A DNA stretch of 64,000 nt from Aulosira sp. ZfuVER01 (GTDB lineage Bacteria; Cyanobacteriota; Cyanobacteriia; Cyanobacteriales; Nostocaceae): contig JAVRCV020000036.1 in assembly GCA_034530615.2 (NCBI GenBank), positions 115,792 to 179,791 on the forward strand, read 5' to 3'. Below, piece by piece: positions 8,560 to 18,544 of this stretch. A model generated the notes under the pieces. That model saw nothing but the letters and a program-made list of their open reading frames with translations, did no database searches and was not told the origin of the DNA. How positions within the stretch are numbered: position 1 is the first letter of the stretch; each line of letters opens with the position of its first letter. A program made the position numbers and the translations under genes.

Positions 8560-10446
8560 ATGATACAAAATCGGGAAATACCAATCTACGATACCGTCAT
8601 CGTAGGCGGTGGGATCGCAGGAATGTATTGCAGTTTAAGACTGGCACAAAGAAACCAGCAAGTTGCTTTATTTGAAAAATCCCATCGTTGGGGAGGATGC
8701 ATTGAAACCGTCAGAATGGGAAAAGGCAAAGAATTTAAAGCTGAATTTGGGCCGATGCGGTTTGAGGAAAAAGGACAACATTTCTTGAAAAACTTGCTCG
8801 ATGAATTACAGCTAGAATATTCTCCTTTCCCACAATATCAATCTTCTAAACCCAAATGGCCTGATTATAATATCCAAGACCCCGAAGAACAAAGATGGCA
8901 GGAAGATCCCTTAAATCTGCTACGAATGGGAATTTTAAAAATTCTGGGATTTTACAGAAATGGGATGTCCAAGCAGGAAATGGATAATGAAATCGCCAAA
9001 TTCGAGCAACAAGAACCTGCAATTGCGCCAGAGTATGACTACGACATTTTGCGTCAAACTGCTAGACAAGGCGGTAAACCCAATGGTCAACTCTTGTATA
9101 CTCGCGGCTTTTGGAACGCTTTGAGCGATGCTTTGAGTCATCGGGCTATTTTGAAGATTAGAGATATGGGGAATTTTTATCACTTTGTTTCCGAAAACCC
9201 CAATGCGATTGAATGGATCATTTTCTGGCTGCGTGGTTTGCAACCAAACGATAGATTGGTAGGAATCAAAGGCGGTTCAGCACAAATTACGGAGAAACTG
9301 CTCAAAAAACTTGATGAATTTAGCAATCTTGCTCGCAAAAACAACCATGATTTGAAAGCAATAAGTTCTGAAGGTGAATTCGTCAGGCTTTATTTTCAAG
9401 GAGAAATCGAAGAAGTTCTGGCTAAAAACGTAATTTTAGCTTTACCGAAAACTGCATTGCTGCGTTTGTCGCCATATTTCCCAGAAACTATCCGCAAAGC
9501 TTTAGATTCAGTAATTGCCATTCCCCTGCTAAAAGTCTTTTTTGTGACTGATAGCCCTTGGTGGGATGAAGATACTCAACCGCAAACTGGAGCTTATACA
9601 CTTCCCACAAGAGAAGTACATTATTATCAGGAACATTCCCTTCAGCTTTCTCAAGACAGAAAACAGCAATATGAAGCCCAACTCAATGAAGGGATCATTT
9701 CCCAACAGATGCGGAGTGAATTTATTGATGCGGGAATTGAGCTTCCTGATGATATGACTGTGGATAAGAAAAACAACGGCAAGGGCTGGATAATTTACTA
9801 TACGCCTTACCGCAAAAGCCATGAGTATTTTATCCGGCAAGAAGACTTTTCCGTGTTCAACAAAAACGGCAAAGGTATGGTAATGGTTTATACCGATCGC
9901 CCAGCAGGAGAATATTGGAAAGACTATATCTTGAGTCCCGACTATCACGAGCAAGCAGAAATTAGAGGAGATTTGAGATTAGTTGAGCAGTTCTTTAAAT
10001 ACCTTGCTGATGGCTTTGAGATAGAAAAGCAGGCTGATGATGTTTCTCAAAGCAGCATCTTCCCCAATTATCCCCAATGTTTTCTCGATCAATCAGCTCA
10101 AAAAATTGTTGAAGATCTCAAGGGAACTATTGAAGATTTTGGCATTCATGATTGGGGAAAAGCTCCTTATGGTGCAGCCTGTCATGCATGGCGACCTAAT
10201 GTAAAGTCAGGAGAAGTAATGGTACGTTTGAGAGCCTTTAGCTCGATCAACGATCAATACAAGCATAAAAACATTCATATCTGCGGAGAAACTTACTCTG
10301 ATTACCAAGGCTTTATTGAAGGTGCCTTGCGTTCTGCTCAGGACGTGTTGAAATGGATTGAGGCGCAAGAAGAGCGAGAAAATGTGGCTAGTGGTGAAGG
10401 GCAGATGAGAGAATTACTCTCAAATTTAAATTCATATCACATCTAA
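8560..10446 (+). CDS. FAD-dependent flavin monoamine/amino-acid oxidase family protein
   Basis: IVGGGIAG dinucleotide motif, FEKSHRWGG, AEFGPMRF, C-terminal ICGETYSDYQGFIEGALRSA. Confidence 0.85.
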   Translation: MIQNREIPIYDTVIVGGGIAGMYCSLRLAQRNQQVALFEKSHRWGGCIETVRMGKGKEFKAEFGPMRFEEKGQHFLKNLLDELQLEYSPFPQYQSSKPKWPDYNIQDPEEQRWQEDPLNLLRMGILKILGFYRNGMSKQEMDNEIAKFEQQEPAIAPEYDYDILRQTARQGGKPNGQLLYTRGFWNALSDALSHRAILKIRDMGNFYHFVSENPNAIEWIIFWLRGLQPNDRLVGIKGGSAQITEKLLKKLDEFSNLARKNNHDLKAISSEGEFVRLYFQGEIEEVLAKNVILALPKTALLRLSPYFPETIRKALDSVIAIPLLKVFFVTDSPWWDEDTQPQTGAYTLPTREVHYYQEHSLQLSQDRKQQYEAQLNEGIISQQMRSEFIDAGIELPDDMTVDKKNNGKGWIIYYTPYRKSHEYFIRQEDFSVFNKNGKGMVMVYTDRPAGEYWKDYILSPDYHEQAEIRGDLRLVEQFFKYLADGFEIEKQADDVSQSSIFPNYPQCFLDQSAQKIVEDLKGTIEDFGIHDWGKAPYGAACHAWRPNVKSGEVMVRLRAFSSINDQYKHKNIHICGETYSDYQGFIEGALRSAQDVLKWIEAQEERENVASGEGQMRELLSNLNSYHI

Positions 10447-10448
10447 AA

Positions 10449-10575
10449 GGCATGGGGAATGGGGCATTGGGCATTGGGCATTGGGCATTGGGCATGGGGA
10501 ACAGGGAACAGGTAATAGTTATTTCTTCTCTGCTTCCTCCCTATCTCCCCACACTTCCCACACTCCCCACACTCT
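10449..10575. repeat. STRR heptamer repeats (GGGCATT)n and CCCCACACT repeats between convergent genes
   Basis: Tandem GGGCATT/GGGAACA units followed by CTCCCCACA-like units. Confidence 0.8.
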
Positions 10576-10592
10576 CTTGTCTTCCCCTGCTT

Positions 10593-12002
10593 TTAAACTG
10601 GGCGATCGCGTACTATTGGTAAATTGACTGTAAAAGTCGAACCTTCATTGAGCTTACTTCTCAAAGAAATAAAACCGCCGGAACGCCAAAGTAACTGCTG
10701 TACAACTGTTAACCCCAACCCCGGCCCGCTAGATTCATCAGTTGCACCAGAACGCACGCGATAAAAGCTGTCAAAGATTTTGGTAATTTCGGTTTCGGCT
10801 ATACCGATACCTGTATCGCGGACTTCTAGTTGCACATAATCATTATGTACGCGCGATCGCACCCAAACTTGTCCGCCACTGGGTGTAAATTTGATACTGT
10901 TATGCAGCAGATTAATCACAATCAGTCTCAACCCGCCACTGACACACCACACAGATGGCAGTTCTGTGGGGACTGTGTAGGCGAGCATAATTCCTTTTTC
11001 CTGGGCTACAGGCTGGTAGGTACTAACTATTCCTGGCACAACATCCGCCAAGCATACAGATTCTAAAGGCGAATCTTGTAAATTGCGATCTAGATGCACC
11101 AAATCTAATAAACCAGAAATTAGAGAATTCTGGCGATCGCACTGGATATTTAACATTTGTAAATAACGTTGCCGTTGGGGCGGTTTCAAGGTAGGGGAAT
11201 TTAACAGCGACAGCGCTGTTTTCATGTGGGTGAGAGGTGTACGCAACTCCTGACACGCATTGCTCAAGTAGTCGTCTTTAATTTGTGCTTTTTTGTAGAG
11301 TTTTTGATTTTGCTGCTGCAACTTGGCGATGCGTTTTGTCATCAATTGATGATTAATTTCATCTTGTCGCTTGACTTGTTTGACTAACAGCTGATTCATA
11401 AGTGCTGAGTCTGGCACGCTGGGGCAAAGAAAATCAGCTTGGAGTATCGAGGCTGATTCTGGCGTTCTTACTTGTTTAATGCCATCTAGCACTCGCTGAA
11501 TTACTCTGCCTTCTACAGTAGTCATTGCCAGTAAAGGCACTGTTTTTCGAGAATTTCCCTTCTTTAAAATGTTGGTTTTACGTCTTTTAGGCGGTCGATG
11601 AGCCAAAATGAGACTGCAAAACTGTGGTGACAAGACTATAAAAAAATATTCTCTTTGCAGATATTTATTTGGTAATAAATTAATAACTAAGTCATCGAGA
11701 GATTGACTCTGATATTTACTTTCTATCGTTTCTCCTTTTCGTCTCTCATCAATTTGACAGTTATAAATGACAGCCGAAATATCCACTGCGGATTGATAGC
11801 GCCATAATTCTGACTGCCAAATTTTTCCTGGCGGTAGCTTTACCCATAAGGTTGCAGCAATTTTCTGCTCAATCAGTAAGTCAATTTGTGACCTAAGTAG
11901 TGATAGCAGAGTAGCAGGATTGAGGGGTAATGCTTGGGGAGGCGCTTGCATTGCCAAAGCTAACTGATAAATTGACAGATCCTGAGCCAGAGAATCATTC
12001 AT
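10593..12002 (-). CDS. DICT-domain sensor histidine kinase-like protein (H-box His replaced by Gln)
   Basis: N-terminal DICT-like region (REYFFIVLSPQFCSLILA), H-box CQELRTPL, and HATPase boxes NLLHNSIKFT, DTGIGI, IFDSFYR, GPGLGL. Confidence 0.8.
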   Translation of the reverse strand: MNDSLAQDLSIYQLALAMQAPPQALPLNPATLLSLLRSQIDLLIEQKIAATLWVKLPPGKIWQSELWRYQSAVDISAVIYNCQIDERRKGETIESKYQSQSLDDLVINLLPNKYLQREYFFIVLSPQFCSLILAHRPPKRRKTNILKKGNSRKTVPLLAMTTVEGRVIQRVLDGIKQVRTPESASILQADFLCPSVPDSALMNQLLVKQVKRQDEINHQLMTKRIAKLQQQNQKLYKKAQIKDDYLSNACQELRTPLTHMKTALSLLNSPTLKPPQRQRYLQMLNIQCDRQNSLISGLLDLVHLDRNLQDSPLESVCLADVVPGIVSTYQPVAQEKGIMLAYTVPTELPSVWCVSGGLRLIVINLLHNSIKFTPSGGQVWVRSRVHNDYVQLEVRDTGIGIAETEITKIFDSFYRVRSGATDESSGPGLGLTVVQQLLWRSGGFISLRSKLNEGSTFTVNLPIVRDRPV

Positions 12003-12321
12003 GAGTCAAGCACAAGCAGGAGGGATAGAGATAGAGAAGGATAAAGTAAAAAATAATTCTGTTTTTGCTTTTCACCCTGATGTTTACCTTAGTTACCAGA
12101 AAGCTAAGAAAATTAATATTAATTATGAATTCTGGATTATGAATTATAAAACTAATGGAGTGTAGCATTTACCATATAATGGCGCAAGCATATCGGAAAT
12201 AAGTTGAGAATTGAAAATTTATTATTGGTATTTATATTTATCGTAAAACTCTCCTGTACCTTATTGTTTCAGTAATAGGGACACTAAAAATAGCGTCCCT
12301 AACAACAAATGGAATTCTTAA

Positions 12322-13824
12322 TTAATTTTGAATCTTCAGTCTTTCTTGTAAAGCTGCTCGTGCGTGTTCTCGGTCATCAAAGTGGATTTTTTCAGTGCCG
12401 AGAATTTGGTAATCTTCGTGACCTTTACCAGCAAGTAACACTCCATCTCCAGGTTGGGCTTGTAAAATCGCCGTGCGAATAGCGGAAGCGCGATCGCCAA
12501 TAACTGTCGGATTGATTGTTTCAGGAATTCCTGCCAAAATATCTTGTAAAATCCTTTCAGGGTCTTCAGTGCGGGGATTATCTGAAGTCACTACTGCCAC
12601 ATCAGCTAATTCTGCACCAATTTTCCCCATTTTCGGTCGCTTAGTGCGATCGCGATCGCCACCACAACCAAACACACAAATCATCTTACCAGGAATAAAC
12701 GGACGAGCAGCTTTGAGTAAATTCTCTAAACTGTCTGGTGTGTGTGCATAATCTACAATTACGCTGATATCTTGATTGGGAATTACCTGCACTCGTTCCA
12801 TACGTCCGGGAACGCCAGGAAATTCAGGGATAGCAGCTGCAACTAACTGCAAATCTAGACCCAAGTGTAATACTGCGCCAACAGCTGCCAAAAGATTTTC
12901 TAAATTGTATTGACCAACTAAAGGCGAACGAAAAGCTACATTACCCTTGGGTGTATGCAATGTCCCACTCACACCATTAGGTTCGTAACTCAAATCGCTC
13001 ATCCAAAAATCAGCGTTGGCATCGTTAACACTGTAACTCCACACTTTTTCTGGATTCAACGCAGCAATTAATCGTTGACCGTAAGCGTCATCAGCATTAA
13101 TTATCGCCCGTCCTTTGAGATAATCTGGACTAAACAACAATGCTTTCGCCGCAAAATAATCTTCCATATCGCGGTGAAAATCTAGGTGGTCTTGGGTGAG
13201 ATTGCTAAACACCCCCACCTCAAACTCACAACCCAACACGCGACCTTGAGCTAAAGCATGGGAACTCACTTCCATCACCCCATACTCACAACCAGCATCT
13301 ACAGATTGTGCTAGTTGTTGTTGCAGTTCCACAGCAAACGGTGTAGTGTGGACAGCAGTTTCGGCAAAACCAGGCCAGCGAGTGTAGAGAGTCCCCATCA
13401 AAGCTGTCGGTAAATTTGCCTTTGCCAACAGAAATTCAATCAAGTGTGTAGTTGTGGTTTTACCATTAGTACCCGTAACACCCACCAGTTTAAGTTTTTG
13501 GCTAGGATAACCGTAAAAAGCACCTGCTAATTGGGCACAGGCTTTAGTCATATCATCAGCGCTAACTACAAAAGCCTCCGTTGTGGGAGGATTTTTCTGC
13601 ACAGCTTGGGGAGATACAACCGCCGCTACCGCACCCGATGCGATCGCACTTTGCCAAAATTCTCCCCCATCTACCCTTGTTCCTGGCATCCCAATAAACA
13701 AATCTCCCACACCGCAAGCATGGGAATTTGTCTTCAAACCCTGCACTTCTGCATCCTCTAAAGCAGGATGGTTAGGTAATTGCTCTACACTGTCTATCGC
13801 TGCTAGTAATTCCCGCAGTTTCAT
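12322..13824 (-). CDS. murE: UDP-MurNAc-tripeptide synthetase MurE
   Basis: GVTGTNGKTT, MEVSSHAL, NLTQDHLDFH, VDYAHTPD, SDNPR, AGKGHEDYQ. Confidence 0.97.
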   Translation of the reverse strand: MKLRELLAAIDSVEQLPNHPALEDAEVQGLKTNSHACGVGDLFIGMPGTRVDGGEFWQSAIASGAVAAVVSPQAVQKNPPTTEAFVVSADDMTKACAQLAGAFYGYPSQKLKLVGVTGTNGKTTTTHLIEFLLAKANLPTALMGTLYTRWPGFAETAVHTTPFAVELQQQLAQSVDAGCEYGVMEVSSHALAQGRVLGCEFEVGVFSNLTQDHLDFHRDMEDYFAAKALLFSPDYLKGRAIINADDAYGQRLIAALNPEKVWSYSVNDANADFWMSDLSYEPNGVSGTLHTPKGNVAFRSPLVGQYNLENLLAAVGAVLHLGLDLQLVAAAIPEFPGVPGRMERVQVIPNQDISVIVDYAHTPDSLENLLKAARPFIPGKMICVFGCGGDRDRTKRPKMGKIGAELADVAVVTSDNPRTEDPERILQDILAGIPETINPTVIGDRASAIRTAILQAQPGDGVLLAGKGHEDYQILGTEKIHFDDREHARAALQERLKIQN

Positions 13825-13856
13825 CTTGTGAACCTCGTCACACGCTTTTCTTGCGC

Positions 13857-14141
13857 TTATTCTGCATTATTTTCATCATTGGATAAATACTTACGCAGCA
13901 TTTGCTCCAACTGCTGCACACTAGCACGAGGCGAAGGACGTGGCAAAGGTTTCTCATGAGTATCTGCTTGATTCGATAAATATAAAACTGGCACCTCATA
14001 TTGATACGCCAAAAACCAATCCTCACGAGTGGTAATATCCCGAATTTCCAACTCAAACGCCAGATTTTGGATTTTTTCTAGCTTTTCCTGTAAACCCTCA
14101 CATAAATGACATCCAGGTTTGCTGTATAAAATTAATCGCAT
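13857..14141 (-). CDS. Glutaredoxin-like protein (DUF836)
   Basis: YSKPGCHLCE CxxC motif; YQYEVPVL. Confidence 0.85.
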   Translation of the reverse strand: MRLILYSKPGCHLCEGLQEKLEKIQNLAFELEIRDITTREDWFLAYQYEVPVLYLSNQADTHEKPLPRPSPRASVQQLEQMLRKYLSNDENNAE

Positions 14142-14623
14142 TTGCTGCTATCCTTGCCGCAACTCCCATTTCTACAAGCGATCATAGGCTGAAACTGGAT
14201 AGGGATGTCTTCTGTCTGCCCTCTGCCTTTCTTGATAAAGATTTTGAAACAGCTGCTTGGTAACTATTGACGTGAGCGATCGCCTAATTATTGGGTTTTG
14301 ATAACATAAGCGATACATTAGGCAATCATTTAACATCCTGATAGATTGTTAATAACCTGATACTAATTACTTATTTTCATAATTAGTCACTCTACCACCG
14401 TGCGATCGCTTCAAAATCGCAACGCTTGCAGGTCTAGCATATCCAACCAAAATGACGATAGATTTTTTACCAATAACCTTTGAGCATACTGCCTATAAAT
14501 TTTTGTAATATACGAAAGTAACTAAGCATACAATCTCAATTAACATAATTAGCAGGCCGTACCAGTCATACACGTTTTTAGCATCTACCTTTTTATACAT
14601 TTAAGAAGGGTAATCAATACTAG

Positions 14624-16870
14624 ATGGAATTTACTGAGTACTCACATGATTTAAAAACAAGAATTGCCGAAGAAAGTTTGCTACATCGAATAACAACCCA
14701 AATTAGGCAATCACTCGAACTCAAAGAGATATTAACGACCACTGTTGCAGAAATTCGTGCATTTTTGGACACAGATCGGGTAATGCTGTATCAGTTTGAC
14801 AGCGACGGCAGTGGAGAAGTCGTGGCAGAATCTATACATCAACAGCGTCTACCATCGCTGTTAGGGCTGCACTTTCCGGCAAGTGATATTCCTCAAGAAG
14901 CGCGAGATATGTTTTTGCGGGCGCGTCAGCGTTCAATTGTCAATGTAGCCAGTGGGCGGATCGGACTATCGCCATTAGACAGTCCAGAAACAGGTAAATC
15001 TTTAAGTAGTGAAAATCTCTACTACCGCGCAGTAGACTCATGCCACATTCAATACCTAACGGCAATGGGTGTGCAGTCTTCGTTAGTAGTGCCAATTTTA
15101 CACCACGACCCAAAAGAGCAATCAGCAAAACCTAGACTGTGGGGATTGTTAGTATCGCACCACAGTACACCGCGCACAGTTGAGAAACAAGAACTGCAAT
15201 TAGTACAGCAAGTAGCAGATCAAATCTCAGTTGCGATCGCCCAAAGTTACCTACTTAGCCAAGCCCGTGCAGAGCAACAGCGAGAAGCGATCGTTAATCG
15301 TGTTACCACCCTGTTACACGCCTTACCCACCATCCAATTGCAAACAGCACTAGAAGCAACTATTGCCGCCTTTGATGGTATTGGCGGTAGACTTTACATT
15401 GAACAGAGTGCAGAATTATACACTTGGGGCGAACAACCAACACTGCCAGAGCAACTAGCAAACAGTGTCATGGAGCAGCATCCTCTATGGCAAGACTGGA
15501 TGGTTGAGTGTAAAACAGGTAACATCTGGGCAATTACCGATCTCTACAAAGAACCTCATTGGCAAGAACTGGCTCCCCTATTCCAGCCAACTAAAATTCG
15601 CGGTATGTTGATAATTCCTCTCAATTACCGTCAAACTTTTATCGGTGTTTTAAGTATTTTTCGCGCTGAATTTGATAGCGAAATCTTGTGGGCAGGACAA
15701 CGCGATACAAATGAGCAACAAAAGCTACCCCAGCTTTCATTTGCGGCTTGGCTAGAGCAAAAAAAGGGTCAAGCGCCTGGGTGGAAACCTGAAGAAATCT
15801 CTATTGGGCGAGCCATAGCAGATCAATTTGCGATCGCAATTCAGCAACAGCAGATGTACCAAGAGCTGCGAGCGCTGAATGCTAATTTAGAACGTTTAGT
15901 TGAAGAGCGCACAGCCCAATTACAACAATCTTTAGATCTGACTAGAGTAGTTAAGCAAATTTCCGACCAAATACGTAGCAATCTAGACTATAAGCTCACC
16001 TTGCAAACTCTCGTGCAGGAAGTGCGAAAGTTGCTCAAAACTGATCGGGTATTGATTTACAAAATTCTCGATGAGTTAGAAGGTGAAGTAGTAGTTGAAG
16101 ATGTTGGCAGTAACTTGCGTTCTATTTTGGGGATGAAAACGCCATTAGAATGCTTTCCCGAAGAATCTGCCCGTCTGTACTTGCGGGGAAGAGTGCGGGC
16201 AATTAACAATACAGCCTCAGCAGATTTAACTCCCTGCCATCGAGAGTTTTTGCATAGTCTTCAGATCAGAGCAAATTTAATTGTACCAATCAAGATGGGT
16301 ACGCAATTATGGGGGTTAATTATTGCCCATGAGTGCTTTGCTCCCAGAAATTGGCATGATGCAGAAATGGATTTGTTGCAGTATGTAGCAGATGAGGCCG
16401 TTCTGGCCATTCAGCACGCACAACTCTACGAAAATAGCCTTGCTGCCGAATCTGCTGCAACAGCGCAAGCTGAACAGTTAGCCCAAGCTTTGGAACAAAT
16501 CAAAAATACACAGGCACAACTGATCAAAAGTGAAAAAATGTCCAGCTTAGGACTATGGGCATTAGGTGTAGCACACGAAATCAAAAGCCCTGTTAACTTT
16601 ATTTCCACCAATCTATCGGATATCAACTATTGCACCCAACAACTGCTAGAACTGTTGCGCCTTTATCAGTTGCACTATCCTCACCCTAACGGTGAAATTA
16701 GCTATCACACACAAGTGCTCAATTTGGATTTTCTCATCAACAAGTTACCTAAAATCTTGCTAACAATGAAACTACAAGCTGAACGCATCAACTCAATGAT
16801 GTTATCGTTACGCAATTTTTCTCAAGAGGATACGACAGCAATGAAATCGGCTGAAGAGCATAGGGGATAG
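14624..16870 (+). CDS. iflA: Knotless phytochrome/cyanobacteriochrome GAF-PHY-GAF photoreceptor, IflA-like
   Basis: GAF1 has DIP and VDSCH (C140); a PHY-like domain follows (WAG, PQLSF); GAF3 has two Cys (C510 ECF, C538 PCH); the protein ends after a HisKA-like helix with no ATPase domain. Confidence 0.7.
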   Translation: MEFTEYSHDLKTRIAEESLLHRITTQIRQSLELKEILTTTVAEIRAFLDTDRVMLYQFDSDGSGEVVAESIHQQRLPSLLGLHFPASDIPQEARDMFLRARQRSIVNVASGRIGLSPLDSPETGKSLSSENLYYRAVDSCHIQYLTAMGVQSSLVVPILHHDPKEQSAKPRLWGLLVSHHSTPRTVEKQELQLVQQVADQISVAIAQSYLLSQARAEQQREAIVNRVTTLLHALPTIQLQTALEATIAAFDGIGGRLYIEQSAELYTWGEQPTLPEQLANSVMEQHPLWQDWMVECKTGNIWAITDLYKEPHWQELAPLFQPTKIRGMLIIPLNYRQTFIGVLSIFRAEFDSEILWAGQRDTNEQQKLPQLSFAAWLEQKKGQAPGWKPEEISIGRAIADQFAIAIQQQQMYQELRALNANLERLVEERTAQLQQSLDLTRVVKQISDQIRSNLDYKLTLQTLVQEVRKLLKTDRVLIYKILDELEGEVVVEDVGSNLRSILGMKTPLECFPEESARLYLRGRVRAINNTASADLTPCHREFLHSLQIRANLIVPIKMGTQLWGLIIAHECFAPRNWHDAEMDLLQYVADEAVLAIQHAQLYENSLAAESAATAQAEQLAQALEQIKNTQAQLIKSEKMSSLGLWALGVAHEIKSPVNFISTNLSDINYCTQQLLELLRLYQLHYPHPNGEISYHTQVLNLDFLINKLPKILLTMKLQAERINSMMLSLRNFSQEDTTAMKSAEEHRG

Positions 16871-16894
16871 GGCATTGGGCATTGGGCATTGGGC
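16870..16894. repeat. STRR (GGGCATT)n
   Basis: Three to four tandem heptamers directly after the stop codon. Confidence 0.8.
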
Positions 16895-17078
16895 AAACAA
16901 GGAGTGTGGGAGGATGGGGAAGACGGGGGGAGCTAATAAAGAAAGTGTGGTTCGTTTCTCCCCTCTCTCCCCACACTCCCCCATCCTCCTTGTCCCCCTT
17001 TTCCCGTGTCTACCTCAACAGATAATTTTCCTTCACACAACTGTAAGCGATCGCTAAACACCTTAATTGCACAATGTA

Positions 17079-17107
17079 AAAGCCCCTCTCAAATCAAGAG
17101 GGGCTTT
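17079..17107. terminator. Probably bidirectional intrinsic terminator
   Basis: AAAGCCCCTCT-CAAATCA-AGAGGGGCTTT hairpin between convergent genes. Confidence 0.7.
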
Positions 17108-17142
17108 GTAAAGTTTATTTGCTAAAAATTGCTGTTAATTTC

Positions 17143-17247
17143 TTAAAACACGCTCATGATGGTGATGATGCTAGCGCTTGTCAACATTATGAGAGCGCCC
17201 ATAAATATAGATACACCTAAGGTGCCTGAAGCTTTTGAATCGTTCAT
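17143..17247 (-). CDS. Small 34-aa single-transmembrane protein (not in the ORF track)
   Basis: MNDSKASGTLGVSIFMGALIMLTSASIITIMSVF; AGGGA upstream of the ATG; terminator 35 bp downstream. Confidence 0.55.
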   Translation of the reverse strand: MNDSKASGTLGVSIFMGALIMLTSASIITIMSVF

Positions 17248-17605
17248 TTTATAGAATCCCTGTTAAGTTAAGGATTCATTAAGAATATCAATATTGGTAT
17301 TTTATATCCATAAATATACGGAAAAAATTAAAATTCCGTAATCTTTCTTAGTAAATGCTGTGGCATTTACTTAAAAATTAGCTGGCTTAACTAGCTAAAT
17401 TCTGAAAAATATTAATAGTTGTTAACTATTTCTCTCAGGTTTTGATCGCATCAACGATATATATACGTATCTATGTATTAATCGCTACAATAAATAATTT
17501 TTACAAATCCCTCATTCTCTAGCGATTTATGTGCCTTTGTATGTACCTGTTTGGGGTAAAATAAATTTCGTTGAAGTTCAAGAACCATTTAGCTAAAAGA
17601 TTATC

Positions 17606-18331
17606 ATGACAGTTTCCACGGTCTCTCCAAACCCAACAAGCGATTTTGATTTAGAACAGTTAAATCAACAATTTGAAACTGCTACTCCTAAAGAGATACT
17701 GGCCTGGTCTATAGAAAATATCCCCACGGGACTGGTGCAAACCAGCGCCTTTAACGTGGATGACATGATAATTACCCATATTCTTTATACTGAACTGAAG
17801 CATCCAGCCCCAGTTATATTTCTCGATACCTTATTCCACTTCCCTCAAACTTTAGAACTAGTTGCTAAAGCAAAAGAAATCTATAACCTAGATTTGAAAA
17901 CCTACAAAGCTCCAGATGTAGATAGCCGCGAAGCCTTTACCGCCAAATACGGCGAAGCACTTTGGGACAAAGATATTACCCAATTCCACCACGTTACCAA
18001 AATTGAACCGTTGCAACGGGGTTTAGACGAACTCAACACCATCGCTTGGATTACCGGTCGTCGCCGTGACCAAGCTGTTACCCGTGCTAATATGCCTATC
18101 TTTGAATTGGATAGCCAAGGACGCTTGAAAGTTAATCCCTTAGCTAACTGGACACGTGAGAAAAGCTGGGCTTACGTGGCTGAACACGGAGTAATTTACA
18201 ACCCCTTGCATGACCAAGGCTATCCCAGCATTGGCGATGAACCCATCACTACCAAAGTTGGTGAAGGTGAAGACGAACGCGCTGGACGCTGGCGGGGAAC
18301 TGGCAAAACTGAGTGCGGAATTCATATTTAA
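17606..18331 (+). CDS. cysH: Phosphoadenosine phosphosulfate reductase
   Basis: IFLDTLFHFPQT, WITGRRRDQ, GYPSIGD, ERAGRW, C-terminal KTECGIH. Confidence 0.95.
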   Translation: MTVSTVSPNPTSDFDLEQLNQQFETATPKEILAWSIENIPTGLVQTSAFNVDDMIITHILYTELKHPAPVIFLDTLFHFPQTLELVAKAKEIYNLDLKTYKAPDVDSREAFTAKYGEALWDKDITQFHHVTKIEPLQRGLDELNTIAWITGRRRDQAVTRANMPIFELDSQGRLKVNPLANWTREKSWAYVAEHGVIYNPLHDQGYPSIGDEPITTKVGEGEDERAGRWRGTGKTECGIHI

Positions 18332-18544
18332 TCGAGAGTAGAGAGTAGGAAGGGGGAAATTATTCTTTCCCTCATTCCCGAATCTCTCTCACATCCGCCT
18401 CTACAATTATTGAAATACTCTCATAACAAAAGGCCTGTCTCTACAGGCTTTGTTTGTTTATTGATACCTGCAAGAATGATCTGCGATCGCTCACAATCAT
18501 AAAAGTCTACTAACTTTGAAAGCTGAGAGCAAGATTTCCGGATA

